Assembly: GCA_029838215.1 (NCBI GenBank)
Contig: JALGVI010000018.1
Coordinates: forward strand, 12,096-44,095
Length of the DNA: 32,000 bases
From: Candidatus Helarchaeota archaeon
GTDB taxonomy: Archaea > Asgardarchaeota > Lokiarchaeia > Helarchaeales > RDOG01
Direction of reading: 5' to 3'
Made by a program: the position numbers and the translations under genes. The notes beneath the pieces are model-generated. The model was not told the DNA's origin and searched no databases. It saw only the letters and a list, made by a program, of their open reading frames with translations. Below are positions 16,554-25,804 of this stretch, piece by piece; position 1 is the first letter of the stretch, and each line of letters starts with the position of its first letter.

Positions 16554-16826
16554 TTATCCCCCGCCAAGAGATCGCAAGATATGGATTTCATCACCATCTT
16601 TAAGATGCTTTTGAAGCTCTTCTGGCAATTCAATCCTATTACCATTCAATAATATTACTGGACTTCCTTCATTGCTGGTAAGCATGTGAATTAAACTCAA
16701 ACCAACACGTTTTTCAACCTTTTTCAGAAGATCCTTAACGGTTGAACCGTTTTTTAGCCTGATGTTGAGATCTTTCTTTAGGAATTTATTCATGAACCGA
16801 CCATGAGTTGCCACGATGATCTTCAT
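16554..16826 (-). CDS. MoaD/ThiS-family ubiquitin-like beta-grasp protein ending in Gly-Gly-Gly
   Basis: 90 aa with C-terminus ...DGDEIHILRSLGGG. AGGTGA lies upstream, inside the 3' end of the AOR gene, so the two are probably co-transcribed. Confidence 0.75.
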   Translation of the reverse strand: MKIIVATHGRFMNKFLKKDLNIRLKNGSTVKDLLKKVEKRVGLSLIHMLTSNEGSPVILLNGNRIELPEELQKHLKDGDEIHILRSLGGG

Positions 16827-16840
16827 CTGTTCAAAATCAC

Positions 16841-18808
16841 CTAATTTGAATATAAATCCTCCACGACATCATCGAGTTTCAGGTCATGTAATTTTTGTTT
16901 GGACGGTTTTCCATCTTTCAAATTCCAGTCCATCGCATCATAAAATTCCTTGACCATCGTGTCCAAATCTATGGTCTTGCCCTTACTTGCACCTGCATCT
17001 AATGGTGGGATTCCCTTTGCTCGATCGGGTAACTTAAAATCCGATGGCTTCAAGCCATCTCGGACATTAAATGCTTGACGTAGATTCTGAATCCGCTCCC
17101 CTATTTCCACTAATTCCTCAAATGTGAAATCCCAACCTGTAACTGCCTTCATGGCATCAAAAAGAGGATACGGTCCGAGATAATTACAGAAGTAGCAAAG
17201 ACCTAAGGCATTTAACATTGATTGAGCGAGTCTCGAATAAAGTGCTTGCATTTCACCCTTTCCTTCATACTTCCATCGTTTAGTTTTCGTTTCCTTTACA
17301 TTCTCAAGGAATGGATACGAAAGTCCCATGTCTTGCAAACCGATTCCGCCTGCCGTATGTCGTCCTGGTGTTGGATCGGTCACGTATGTCGTACCGAAGC
17401 TGGGACTGAGTCTAGAATCGTGCATTGGTAATTCTTGACCGTGAACGTGAATGGCATATTTTTCTGATCCTTTTCCAATTACCTCCGACGCTTTTCTGAC
17501 ACCATTAGCTAAAACATCACCAAATCCTTCCCTTCTGGCAATCTTGTTCAATATTTGGAGAATGGCTTCGGAATTACCCCACGTTAAATCAATTCCATCG
17601 ATATCTTCCTTCGTTAAAATGCCGTTTTCGTAACATTCCATGGCAAAAGCTATCACGGATCCTGCTGAGATCGTATCAAGACCGAAAGAATTGCAGATAT
17701 GATTTGCTTCAATTATCGAGTCGAGGTCATCATTGAGAAGTAGGCTTCCAAAAGAAGAGAGTGTTTCGTATTCTGGACGATGGACTTCTTTACTTCCAAC
17801 CTCAAGAACTGCACTGCATGGCAAGACGCAGTGTGCGCAGCCGAATTTCTTTTTTACATATTTATCCATATTTTCTCCAGTTAATTTACTGGATTTGGTT
17901 TTCATGGGAAAATCGCGTGAACCAACACCCGCCCAATTCTTTGTAGGTGAATCACCTAGTTGACATGAAATTGCTGTGAAAACAGATGTTCCGTGCGCGC
18001 CCCACATTTCCTTTAAAGTCCCGTAATCAATTGACGTTATTATTCCTCGTTTATACATGGACGGAAGAAAAGGACCGAAAACTTTCAACACGATTTTGTA
18101 AAAGAGATTTGGTTTTCGTTTAAGCCGTTTTACATATTGTTTTTTAAGTTCTTTTAAGTCCTCAGGATGTGCAATTGAGATCTCTTGATTTCCGGTAACT
18201 ACTACGGCCTTTAGTTTTTTTGATCCCATCACAGCTCCCAAACCGCTACGAGCAGCAGCTCTTCCGTGATCATTTATGATGGCGGCAATGAGCGAGAGTT
18301 TTTCTCCGGAAGGACCGATAGAAGCCACCGTGATTTTTTTATTTTTAAATTCTTTCTCCAAGGTGTCATCTGTTTCATGAGTAGTTTTTCCCCAAAGATG
18401 ACTTGCGTCCCGAATTTCCGCTTTACCATTTTCTATCAGTAGATATACCGGCTTGTCTGATTTTCCTCTAATAAAGACAGCATCAAAACCCGCTTTCTTA
18501 AGTCCCAAGCCAAAATACCCTCCCGAATTCGCATCTCCCCATGTTTCAGTTAATGGGGATTTTCCAACAACTGAATATCTTCCAGAATAGGCAAGTCCAG
18601 AACCGGTCAACAATCCGGTGACAAACCCAAGAACGGCCTCAGGTCCTAATGGATCTGTCTTTGCAGGCACGTTGCTGTAAATATATCGCACTCCAATTCC
18701 GATTCCGCCTAGAAAATTACGATAAAAAATTTCATCTGGTTTTTCTATTTTTATTATATTGGTGGAGAGATCGACTTCCAAAAATTTACCCATGAAACCG
18801 CCTGACAT
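16841..18808 (-). CDS. aor: Tungsten-type aldehyde:ferredoxin oxidoreductase
   Basis: AOR-family motifs: KFLEVDLS N-terminus, GLGAVMGSKKLKAVVV, FGCAHCVLPC cluster ligands, GLDTISAGS. I chose ATG 18808 (MSGGFMGKF...) because GAGGAG lies 9 nt upstream. The ORF track extends to 18853. Confidence 0.9.
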   Translation of the reverse strand: MSGGFMGKFLEVDLSTNIIKIEKPDEIFYRNFLGGIGIGVRYIYSNVPAKTDPLGPEAVLGFVTGLLTGSGLAYSGRYSVVGKSPLTETWGDANSGGYFGLGLKKAGFDAVFIRGKSDKPVYLLIENGKAEIRDASHLWGKTTHETDDTLEKEFKNKKITVASIGPSGEKLSLIAAIINDHGRAAARSGLGAVMGSKKLKAVVVTGNQEISIAHPEDLKELKKQYVKRLKRKPNLFYKIVLKVFGPFLPSMYKRGIITSIDYGTLKEMWGAHGTSVFTAISCQLGDSPTKNWAGVGSRDFPMKTKSSKLTGENMDKYVKKKFGCAHCVLPCSAVLEVGSKEVHRPEYETLSSFGSLLLNDDLDSIIEANHICNSFGLDTISAGSVIAFAMECYENGILTKEDIDGIDLTWGNSEAILQILNKIARREGFGDVLANGVRKASEVIGKGSEKYAIHVHGQELPMHDSRLSPSFGTTYVTDPTPGRHTAGGIGLQDMGLSYPFLENVKETKTKRWKYEGKGEMQALYSRLAQSMLNALGLCYFCNYLGPYPLFDAMKAVTGWDFTFEELVEIGERIQNLRQAFNVRDGLKPSDFKLPDRAKGIPPLDAGASKGKTIDLDTMVKEFYDAMDWNLKDGKPSKQKLHDLKLDDVVEDLYSN

Positions 18809-19244
18809 GTAATTTTGCTCCTCTATAAATTCTTCGTGTCCAATACATAACATGAATTGATGATAATTTATATTTTTTCAATTATTGTATTTTATCTCAG
18901 TGTTATATTTCCTATGTTTTAAAATACCTTTAAAAAAATTCATGTATTGTTTTTAATTAATGATTTATTCATGATTTCAAAACAACATCAAGGCGGAGAA
19001 ATTCCTTCAATGAAGAGGCATCAGATTTTTTTTAAAATAGTTCCTTATTTTTTTCATTTTAAAGGTAAATCTTGCCGTTATATCTTCCATTCAACCCTGG
19101 TCTTGCTTTTTTCATGGAATTGCTTGCCAACGTCTATGATTAGAACGATGGCTTCATTTTCTGATACTTGCTTTAGTAACTCATAGCAAAGATTTTTGTA
19201 GAAATTCTTGCTTGTTTAATCAAAATCTCAGGACTTGAAAGTAC

Positions 19245-19625
19245 ATGTCTGATTTCTTTTCTCTCCTCGTTCCATTTTTGGATGTCACGTTGAGCATTGT
19301 TAAAATGGTAAAACAAGGCGATCTTGCAATGAAAAATAAGTGTTCAACTGAATACATGGACGCAGCAGCGATCTGCATGATGCATCCCAACTTAATAAAA
19401 CGCTTGGGAATGAAAGAAGGGAATGTCGAACTTCAAACGGATCATGGACGTGTGGTTCTAAAAGCGACCTCGAATCCCGAAGAAGAAGTTCCTGAAGATC
19501 TCGTATTGGTGCCATATGGACCTTGGGCTCAAGAACTAACGAATACGTCCAAAGATGGATTGATCATGAAGAATTTGAAGGCAAAGATTCGCACGTCGAA
19601 GGAAGAAATTCAGAAATATTGGTGA
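19245..19625 (+). CDS. fwdD: Formylmethanofuran dehydrogenase subunit D-like (molybdopterin dinucleotide-binding barrel)
   Basis: About 126 aa with the FwdD-like pattern ...KQGD...EYMDAAAICMMHPNLIKRLGMKEGNVELQTDHGRVVLKA...VLVPYGPW. The start codon is uncertain because no SD is present. Confidence 0.7.
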   Translation: MSDFFSLLVPFLDVTLSIVKMVKQGDLAMKNKCSTEYMDAAAICMMHPNLIKRLGMKEGNVELQTDHGRVVLKATSNPEEEVPEDLVLVPYGPWAQELTNTSKDGLIMKNLKAKIRTSKEEIQKYW

Positions 19626-19637
19626 GGCGGATTCCGG

Positions 19638-20114
19638 ATGAGTCCATTGACGACCTTTCAAATCTACAAATTACTTCCTAAGACAAATTGCAAGAAATGT
19701 GGTGAATCTACTTGCATGTCTTTTGCAATGAAACTCTTGAATCGGACTCAAGAACTTCAAAATTGCACTCCCCTGTATGATGAACCTCAATACGAAAAAA
19801 ACCGAAACGCGTTAGAAGAACTTTTTGCTCCAATGCTTCGAAGTGAAATACATCCTTCGGGCGTGTCGATAGATCCTGACTTATGCACGGGTTGTGGAAA
19901 CTGCGTCACGGCTTGCCCTCCGAATATTCGAGCAGTACCTGAGTGTGGTAAAGGAATTGGACCCAATTCTGAAGATGTTATCTTCAAGATCGATAATGGC
20001 AAAGTGAAAGTCCTAAAATTAGACAGATGCCGTCGGTATGAACCCCCTAAAACGGCTTGTCGCATCTGTGAAACATATTGCTATTCTAAAGCAATTACAA
20101 TCGTGGGGACATGA
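19638..20114 (+). CDS. Fe-S protein: N-terminal CdhE/RnfC-type 'FeS' motif plus ferredoxin-like clusters
   Basis: LPKTNCKKCGESTCMSFAMKL (PF04060-like) and CTGCGNCVTACP, plus CRRYEPPKTACRICETYC. GGTGAGG lies upstream of the ATG. Confidence 0.75.
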   Translation: MSPLTTFQIYKLLPKTNCKKCGESTCMSFAMKLLNRTQELQNCTPLYDEPQYEKNRNALEELFAPMLRSEIHPSGVSIDPDLCTGCGNCVTACPPNIRAVPECGKGIGPNSEDVIFKIDNGKVKVLKLDRCRRYEPPKTACRICETYCYSKAITIVGT

Positions 20115-21379
20115 GAATGGGTGATCTTAAAAAAATTATATGCGTGGGTTGTTCGCTTCTATGCGATGACATCATGATTGAATTAAAGGATAAAGAATTG
20201 GAACATGTATATCATGCTTGTAGTAAGGGATATTATTATTTAAAATCTCTAAACGACTCAAAACGCCACTTAAAGTCTCAACTCAAAGATGGTAATGAAT
20301 ACAAGGATCTTGAAATCCAAGATGCCATTTCAAAAGCCGCGGAAATGATAAAAAGTTCCAAGCACGTCCTGATCTATGGACTAAATAATTCTTCTAATGA
20401 AGCAATCGGAACAGCCATTGTACTTGCAGACAAGATAGGGGGTTCTATAGACAGTTCTGCAACATATTATAAAGGAATGGCCATTCAACAAATCCTGTCG
20501 AAAAAATTGCCCGTGGCTAATTTCAAGGACATCATGGATAAAGGCGATACAATTCTTTTTTGGGGAACGAATCCCAGCAGTTCCCATCTGCGTCTTCTAA
20601 GTAAATATGTCGTTCTAACTCGTGGTGAACTCACGCAGAAGGGAAAAGAAGATCGTAATGTCGCATTAATTGACATTTTTAAGACACAAATGCGACGCCT
20701 TTCAGACATCTTCTTGCGTGTTAATCCCGGTGAGGATGACCAATTACTCCAAGCATTGATAGACCTGATCGATGGGAAACCTCTACAAGCAGAAAAAATT
20801 GCAGGAATCCCGAAATCTGAAGTTGAAGACCTTACTAGCACGTTAAAAAGAATTGATTTCGGAGCAATCTTTTTTGGTTCAGGGTTATTTAATTCAAATC
20901 TACAAAACATCTCATCATTAATTACTCTTGTAAACAAGCTAAATTCCGATACAACAAAAATCTCAATGATTCCCACTGCAGTTCTGACAAATACCGTGGG
21001 TTTTTGTAAGATAATGCTTGACAAGACAGGATCGGTGAATTACGATTTTGATACAAAATCTCCTAAATCTTTGATAGAAGAGGTAGGTAACGGGAACGTG
21101 GACTTGCTCATTTTAGTTAATTCCGATCCATTCGAACATCTTCCCGCATCAATTACAGAAAAACTCAAAGAGATCCCCATCATTTCATTAACAACTCACC
21201 CCGATCTCTCCACGAAACATGCTGAATTAATCATTCCAATCTCATTGTTTGGTCTTGAACACGGTGGAACCCTGAATCGAATGGATTTCACGGAGATTAA
21301 CGTGCAAGGTTGTCTGGAGCCGCCCGAAAAAGTATGGTCGGAAGAAAAGATATTAAAAGAAATCATGAACAAGCTTTAA
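20111..21379 (+). CDS. fwdB: Formylmethanofuran dehydrogenase subunit B-like molybdopterin oxidoreductase
   Basis: N-terminal CVGCSLLCDDI ... HAC cluster motif typical of FwdB/FmdB. About 420 aa. The start overlaps the preceding stop (ATGA). No in-frame stop is present, so this is not the Sec form. Confidence 0.8.
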   Translation: MRMGDLKKIICVGCSLLCDDIMIELKDKELEHVYHACSKGYYYLKSLNDSKRHLKSQLKDGNEYKDLEIQDAISKAAEMIKSSKHVLIYGLNNSSNEAIGTAIVLADKIGGSIDSSATYYKGMAIQQILSKKLPVANFKDIMDKGDTILFWGTNPSSSHLRLLSKYVVLTRGELTQKGKEDRNVALIDIFKTQMRRLSDIFLRVNPGEDDQLLQALIDLIDGKPLQAEKIAGIPKSEVEDLTSTLKRIDFGAIFFGSGLFNSNLQNISSLITLVNKLNSDTTKISMIPTAVLTNTVGFCKIMLDKTGSVNYDFDTKSPKSLIEEVGNGNVDLLILVNSDPFEHLPASITEKLKEIPIISLTTHPDLSTKHAELIIPISLFGLEHGGTLNRMDFTEINVQGCLEPPEKVWSEEKILKEIMNKL

Positions 21380-21413
21380 TCACACAGTTACATCCCTTTT
21401 CGTTTTCCTCCAG

Positions 21414-22043
21414 GTGGTTTTGATCACGATCTCCAAAAAAAAGTTACAAATTCTTCTTCAAGGGTTAAAACCACACTCCGTCCCTGATATAAAGCTTGAA
21501 CAATATCCCTTAGATGCAAACACGACAGCCGAAATAATTTACATTGCTGGCTTCCTTAACAATGACATCGTTGATAAAAAAATAATCGATCTTGGTTGTG
21601 GAAATGGGCAACTGGGGCTCGCTGCTTCTCTTTTTGGAGCAAAGCAAGTCATCGGAATCGAAATAGATCCCGCTGCAATTGCAGTCGCTAAAGAAAATCA
21701 GGAAATACTTGGCGTGGAAAATATCGAATTCATGCTGAAAGACATTCACGACATTGCCATCACGGGTGATACGGTCCTGCAGAACCCACCATTTGGCGTG
21801 CAGGTTCGTGGTAAAGATATGGAATTTCTCAAAAAAGCATTTCAAATCGCTCCGGTTATTTATTCCCTCCATAAACGAAGCATCAAGAATAGACAATTTA
21901 TCATGCAGGTCATTGAGCGTGCAAGCCGCTCGGTTCGTGGCATTTTTGAACTCGATTTCAATATCCCGCATTTATATGAATTTCACGCCAAGAAATCCAA
22001 GAAAGTTCAAGCAGACTTGTGGAGAATCACCACTTCTTCCTGA
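21414..22043 (+). CDS. METTL5-like N6-adenine RNA methyltransferase (COG2263-type)
   Basis: N-terminal KKKLQILLQGL...LEQYPLD, SAM motif IDLGCGNGQLG, catalytic LQNPPFG. GTG start. Confidence 0.75.
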   Translation: MVLITISKKKLQILLQGLKPHSVPDIKLEQYPLDANTTAEIIYIAGFLNNDIVDKKIIDLGCGNGQLGLAASLFGAKQVIGIEIDPAAIAVAKENQEILGVENIEFMLKDIHDIAITGDTVLQNPPFGVQVRGKDMEFLKKAFQIAPVIYSLHKRSIKNRQFIMQVIERASRSVRGIFELDFNIPHLYEFHAKKSKKVQADLWRITTSS

Positions 22044-22201
22044 TTTTGAATGATATCCTAACCAGAATTATCCTCATCTTCTCTCTCTTTCTCGCCAAAA
22101 TTATCATATTTGTCAATCTTTTGATAATCCGATAAGACTATAAGATGGTAGTTGTATTTTCTTTATGTACTTAGATCTGAACTCGCGGAGAATCCGAGAG
22201 C

Positions 22202-22615
22202 ATGAAAGACATAGAAGAAATTTGGATAATAAACTCGAGCGGAATCCCCGTTTTTAACGTGCAAACGGCTTCGGACTTGGATCCCATTCTGGTTGCGGGT
22301 TTTTTATCATCACTTGAAACATACGTTAAGTCGATGGGCGATAAGAAAATAAACTCTATTTCTCTGGGAGAATCGAAAATAATCTTAAAGCACGGAAATC
22401 ACGGATTTCTATTCATATCAAGAAGTAAAAGAAATGCAAAAGAAAAAAAGATCATGAAAAGCCTTGATCTAATCGAAAAGGAATTTTTCAAGAAGTATGA
22501 ACACATTCTAGAAAAATGGAGCGGTGATACAGAAGTTTTCGAAGATTTTATTTCAGATATTGATAGAATTTTTAAAACTTCTGCAGAAACGAAAGCAAAA
22601 GAATCCCTGTGGTAA
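22202..22615 (+). CDS. Longin-like (or Roadblock-like) small GTPase-partner domain protein
   Basis: The sequence pattern suggests beta-beta-alpha-beta-beta-beta-alpha-alpha: IWIINSSGIPVFNV / DPILVAGFLSSLETYVKSMG / INSISLGESKIILKHGNHGFLFISRS / KSLDLIEKEFFKKYEHILEKW. There is no N-terminal helix, which favours longin over Roadblock. It sits next to the Arf-like GTPase. Confidence 0.5.
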   Translation: MKDIEEIWIINSSGIPVFNVQTASDLDPILVAGFLSSLETYVKSMGDKKINSISLGESKIILKHGNHGFLFISRSKRNAKEKKIMKSLDLIEKEFFKKYEHILEKWSGDTEVFEDFISDIDRIFKTSAETKAKESLW

Positions 22616-22745
22616 GCCATTAGGAGAATTTGTATTTCTTATTTTTAAAGCCCTCAAAAAAGTTTTTAGTCTCAACTTGTACAAGTTTTACTTGAATCAA
22701 TTTCCCAATACATGATTGATATAGCGTTTTTAGAGGTATTCAAAA

Positions 22746-23300
22746 ATGAGCAAGAAAGCCCCTTCAGAATCAGATGAGAAACCAATAAAATTCCTTTTAA
22801 TGGGATTGGATAATAGCGGCAAAACCTCAATAGCACTTTGTTTGAAGAAAAGTACAAATCTACTAAGTTACTGTCGGCTTAAACCCACGCCGGGTGTGAA
22901 CGTGGTGAATATCCTAGAAGGCGACCGGAAATTTGCGTTATGGGATCTTGGTGGTCAGGAGCGATATAGGATTGAGTACCTTGAAAATCTAAACAAGTAT
23001 ACAAAAGAAGTAGACAAAATCCTATTCGTGATTGACGTGCAGGATATCGAAAGATACGGGCTTGCATTGGATTATCTAAAAAATGTTGTTGATTTTATTA
23101 TATCAAATAGAATTCCTGTTGAACTTTCAGTATTCTTGCATAAATTTGATCCAAATCTGGAAGAGCTTGGAGATTTCTCCCCTGAGAAAATCACCGAAAA
23201 TTTGATTAATAAAATAAATGAAATCATCCCGGCAGATCTTTCATGTAAAATTTTCAAGACGTGTATTTATTCGATTTTTCAAAAAACATTGCTTTCCTAA
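22746..23300 (+). CDS. Arf/Sar/SR-beta-family small GTPase
   Basis: G1 LMGLDNSGKTS, G2 KPTPGVN, G3 WDLGGQERYR, G4 variant LHKFD. GAGGT lies 8 nt upstream of the ATG. Confidence 0.85.
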   Translation: MSKKAPSESDEKPIKFLLMGLDNSGKTSIALCLKKSTNLLSYCRLKPTPGVNVVNILEGDRKFALWDLGGQERYRIEYLENLNKYTKEVDKILFVIDVQDIERYGLALDYLKNVVDFIISNRIPVELSVFLHKFDPNLEELGDFSPEKITENLINKINEIIPADLSCKIFKTCIYSIFQKTLLS

Positions 23301-23329
23301 GCGATTCGGCAGAAACAGAGGACACTTCT

Positions 23330-23767
23330 ATGAAAAATGTAAGAAGCGTTTTGATTCTTGACGAGAAGGGAAAAGAACTATTTTTTCAACAACATGGACC
23401 GCAGGGCTCTACCGATGTAAATACGACGTTATTCACCAATCTCATAAATGCCCTTCAAATGTTCGTTAAGGATATTGGTGAAAAACACCTTGAACGGCTG
23501 GAGTTGGATGATTATAAAGTATTTATAGCACGAAATGAAAATTTAAGGCTGTCTTTCATAGTCCAGACGGAAATTAACATAAAAGATAAGAAAATGTTCA
23601 AATTATTAGGACAAATTGAAAAAGTTTTCTTGAAGAAATATGGAAAATACTTGAAATCACCCGAAAAAATCCGAATGCATATCTTGGGATCGTTCAAGAA
23701 GGATCTCGATAAGATCTTGGGTCAAGACATCGAAAAACGCGTCGGGAACTTTCTAGATTCCCTCTAA
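23330..23767 (+). CDS. Longin-like protein, paralog of 22202-22615
   Basis: Same layout as the first longin-like protein: VLILDEKGKELFFQQ / TLFTNLINALQMFVKDIG / LERLELDDYKVFIARNENLRLSFIV / KLLGQIEKVFLKKYGKYL. I chose ATG 23330, after the GTPase stop, instead of the track's GTG 23261, which overlaps the GTPase gene. Confidence 0.5.
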   Translation: MKNVRSVLILDEKGKELFFQQHGPQGSTDVNTTLFTNLINALQMFVKDIGEKHLERLELDDYKVFIARNENLRLSFIVQTEINIKDKKMFKLLGQIEKVFLKKYGKYLKSPEKIRMHILGSFKKDLDKILGQDIEKRVGNFLDSL

Positions 23768-23884
23768 TTCTTGGAAAAAAAAAGCGTTTTCGATAAGGAA
23801 TCGATGAGAAATAAAAATAAATTATTTTTACATCTCATGCATGTATTTTTAAGATCATGGATTTAGACAAATTGAGGAAATAAA

Positions 23885-25804
23885 ATGAAACTACTCGAAC
23901 CACTCCAAATCAAGAATATACGATTAAAAAACCGTGTTGTTTTACCACCCGCAGACACGAATTTTGCAGACACTAAGGGAAATGTCACGCAAAAAAGTTT
24001 GGATTATTATGAATTGCGAGCAAGAGGGGGAGTAGGTCTCATTTATATTGAAGGCACCTACATTGACACTGCGGGAAAAGGCACGCTGAACATGCTTGGC
24101 ATTTATGACGATGCCAAAATAGAAGGATTATCGAAACTCAGTTCAGTCATTAAAAACCATGGTGCGTCGGTAATCATACAAATGTTTCATGCGGGTGCTC
24201 AAGCATCACGACTCATAACCGGACAACAACCCGTTACAGCTTCCGACGTTCCTTGTAAGTTAATAGGCGAAACGCCACGCTCTCTATCTATTGGCGAAAT
24301 AAAGAAAATCGTTAAAATTTATGGTGAAAGTGCCATTCGGGCGAAAAAAGCAGGATTTGATGGCGTGGAGATTCATGCCGCTCACGGTTACCTCTTAAAC
24401 CAATTCTTATCACCTCGAACAAACAAACGCACCGATGAATATGGTGGAACTCTCGAAAATAGGATGAGATTTCTCCTAGAAGTATTCGATGAAACACGAA
24501 AGCAAGTGGGAAATGAATTCCTCATATCGGTTCGGTTGAATGGGAGCGACTACGTGCCGGGTGGGCTGGAAATCGAAGAGACCGTGAAGATAGCGAAACG
24601 AATGGAAGAAAAAGGTGCAGATATTATCAGCATAACGGGAGGTATTTACGACGATCCTGGATATCACATCATCCCATATATGAATGCCCCGCGGGGAACT
24701 CACGTGAAATTCGCCGCATCTGTTAAGAAAGTGCTGAAAAACGTTCCCGTAATTGCAGTAGGGCGGATCAATAATCCTGAAATGGCTGAGTCTATCTTAC
24801 AGAAAAATCAAGCAGATCTAATAGCAATGGCTCGTGCTCTGATAGCAGATCCATTTTTCGTGCAAAAGATCGAAACAAATAAAGAAAAAACAATCATCCG
24901 ATGCATTGCTTGTAACAATTGCGCAAATAATTTGCTTCTTCAATCTGAAATCAGTTGTGCCGTGAACCCAAACCTGTTTAAAGCAGAAAATGATATCGAA
25001 ACCGCAGGAGAAAAGAAAAAGATATTGGTTGTCGGAGCTGGTCCTGCAGGACTTGAAGCCGCAAAAATCGCAAGGTTAAGAGGGCACGACGTGGTTGTTA
25101 TCGAGAAGGAACCTCAGATCGGAGGAGCGCTTAACATTGCAAGCGTGGCACCGGGAAAGGAAGAAATAAAATCCCTAAACGAATATTTTAATTTCATTTT
25201 ACCAGAACTTGGCATTGAATTGCGATTAAACACGCCCCTTTCATTGGATTTAGTTAAAGAAGTCAACCCAGATACCCTTATTGTAGCAACCGGAACCGTC
25301 CCACTCATTCCGGATATTCCTGGATTAAATGAAGTTCCATACAAATTATATTCTGACGTGCTATCGTCACGAGATTTGCCTAAAGGACAAAATATTGCCA
25401 TCATCGGAGGAGGAATGGTGGGAATCGAAGTTGCAGAACTTTTATCCAGTAAAGGCAAGCAAATCACAATTATCGAGCAAATGAAAAAACTGGGTTCCAA
25501 CATTATCCAAATGGTAAGTATTGTCACGATACCTCATGTCACGGAAAATCCTGCAATAAAAATTCATTTATCTACAAAAGTGAAGGAAATATCAGGTAAT
25601 ACACTTCATTGCATGACGAAGGATCAACCAATTACAATAGATTTCGATGATTTGGTAATTGCCACGGGTGTGAAACCACATCAACCTGTTTCTGATGAAA
25701 TAAAGGAAATCGTATCAAACGTTAAAGTCATTGGAGATGCAGCAAAGCCAAAAAAGATTGCTGATGCCGTTCAGAAAGCATATAAGGTCGGATTGAAACT
25801 TTAA
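23885..25804 (+). CDS. OYE-family flavin oxidoreductase fused to FAD/NAD(P) domain (2,4-dienoyl-CoA reductase / 2-enoate reductase type)
   Basis: FDGVEIHAAHGYLLNQFLSPRTNKRTDEYGGTLENRMRF; 4Fe-4S motif CIACNNC-x11-C; dinucleotide folds ILVVGAGPAGLEAA and IAIIGGGMVGIE. GAGGA lies upstream. Confidence 0.9.
   Translation: MKLLEPLQIKNIRLKNRVVLPPADTNFADTKGNVTQKSLDYYELRARGGVGLIYIEGTYIDTAGKGTLNMLGIYDDAKIEGLSKLSSVIKNHGASVIIQMFHAGAQASRLITGQQPVTASDVPCKLIGETPRSLSIGEIKKIVKIYGESAIRAKKAGFDGVEIHAAHGYLLNQFLSPRTNKRTDEYGGTLENRMRFLLEVFDETRKQVGNEFLISVRLNGSDYVPGGLEIEETVKIAKRMEEKGADIISITGGIYDDPGYHIIPYMNAPRGTHVKFAASVKKVLKNVPVIAVGRINNPEMAESILQKNQADLIAMARALIADPFFVQKIETNKEKTIIRCIACNNCANNLLLQSEISCAVNPNLFKAENDIETAGEKKKILVVGAGPAGLEAAKIARLRGHDVVVIEKEPQIGGALNIASVAPGKEEIKSLNEYFNFILPELGIELRLNTPLSLDLVKEVNPDTLIVATGTVPLIPDIPGLNEVPYKLYSDVLSSRDLPKGQNIAIIGGGMVGIEVAELLSSKGKQITIIEQMKKLGSNIIQMVSIVTIPHVTENPAIKIHLSTKVKEISGNTLHCMTKDQPITIDFDDLVIATGVKPHQPVSDEIKEIVSNVKVIGDAAKPKKIADAVQKAYKVGLKL

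Noticed and set aside
18947-19186. 79-aa ORF in the divergent AOR / FwdD-like spacer
   Set aside because: It lies in an AT-rich promoter region, has a low-complexity Phe/Ile/Ser-rich product, and has no SD or motif.
20111-21379. Selenocysteine (in-frame TGA) in the FwdB-like subunit
   Set aside because: The ORF is uninterrupted, so it is a Cys-type enzyme if it is catalytic.
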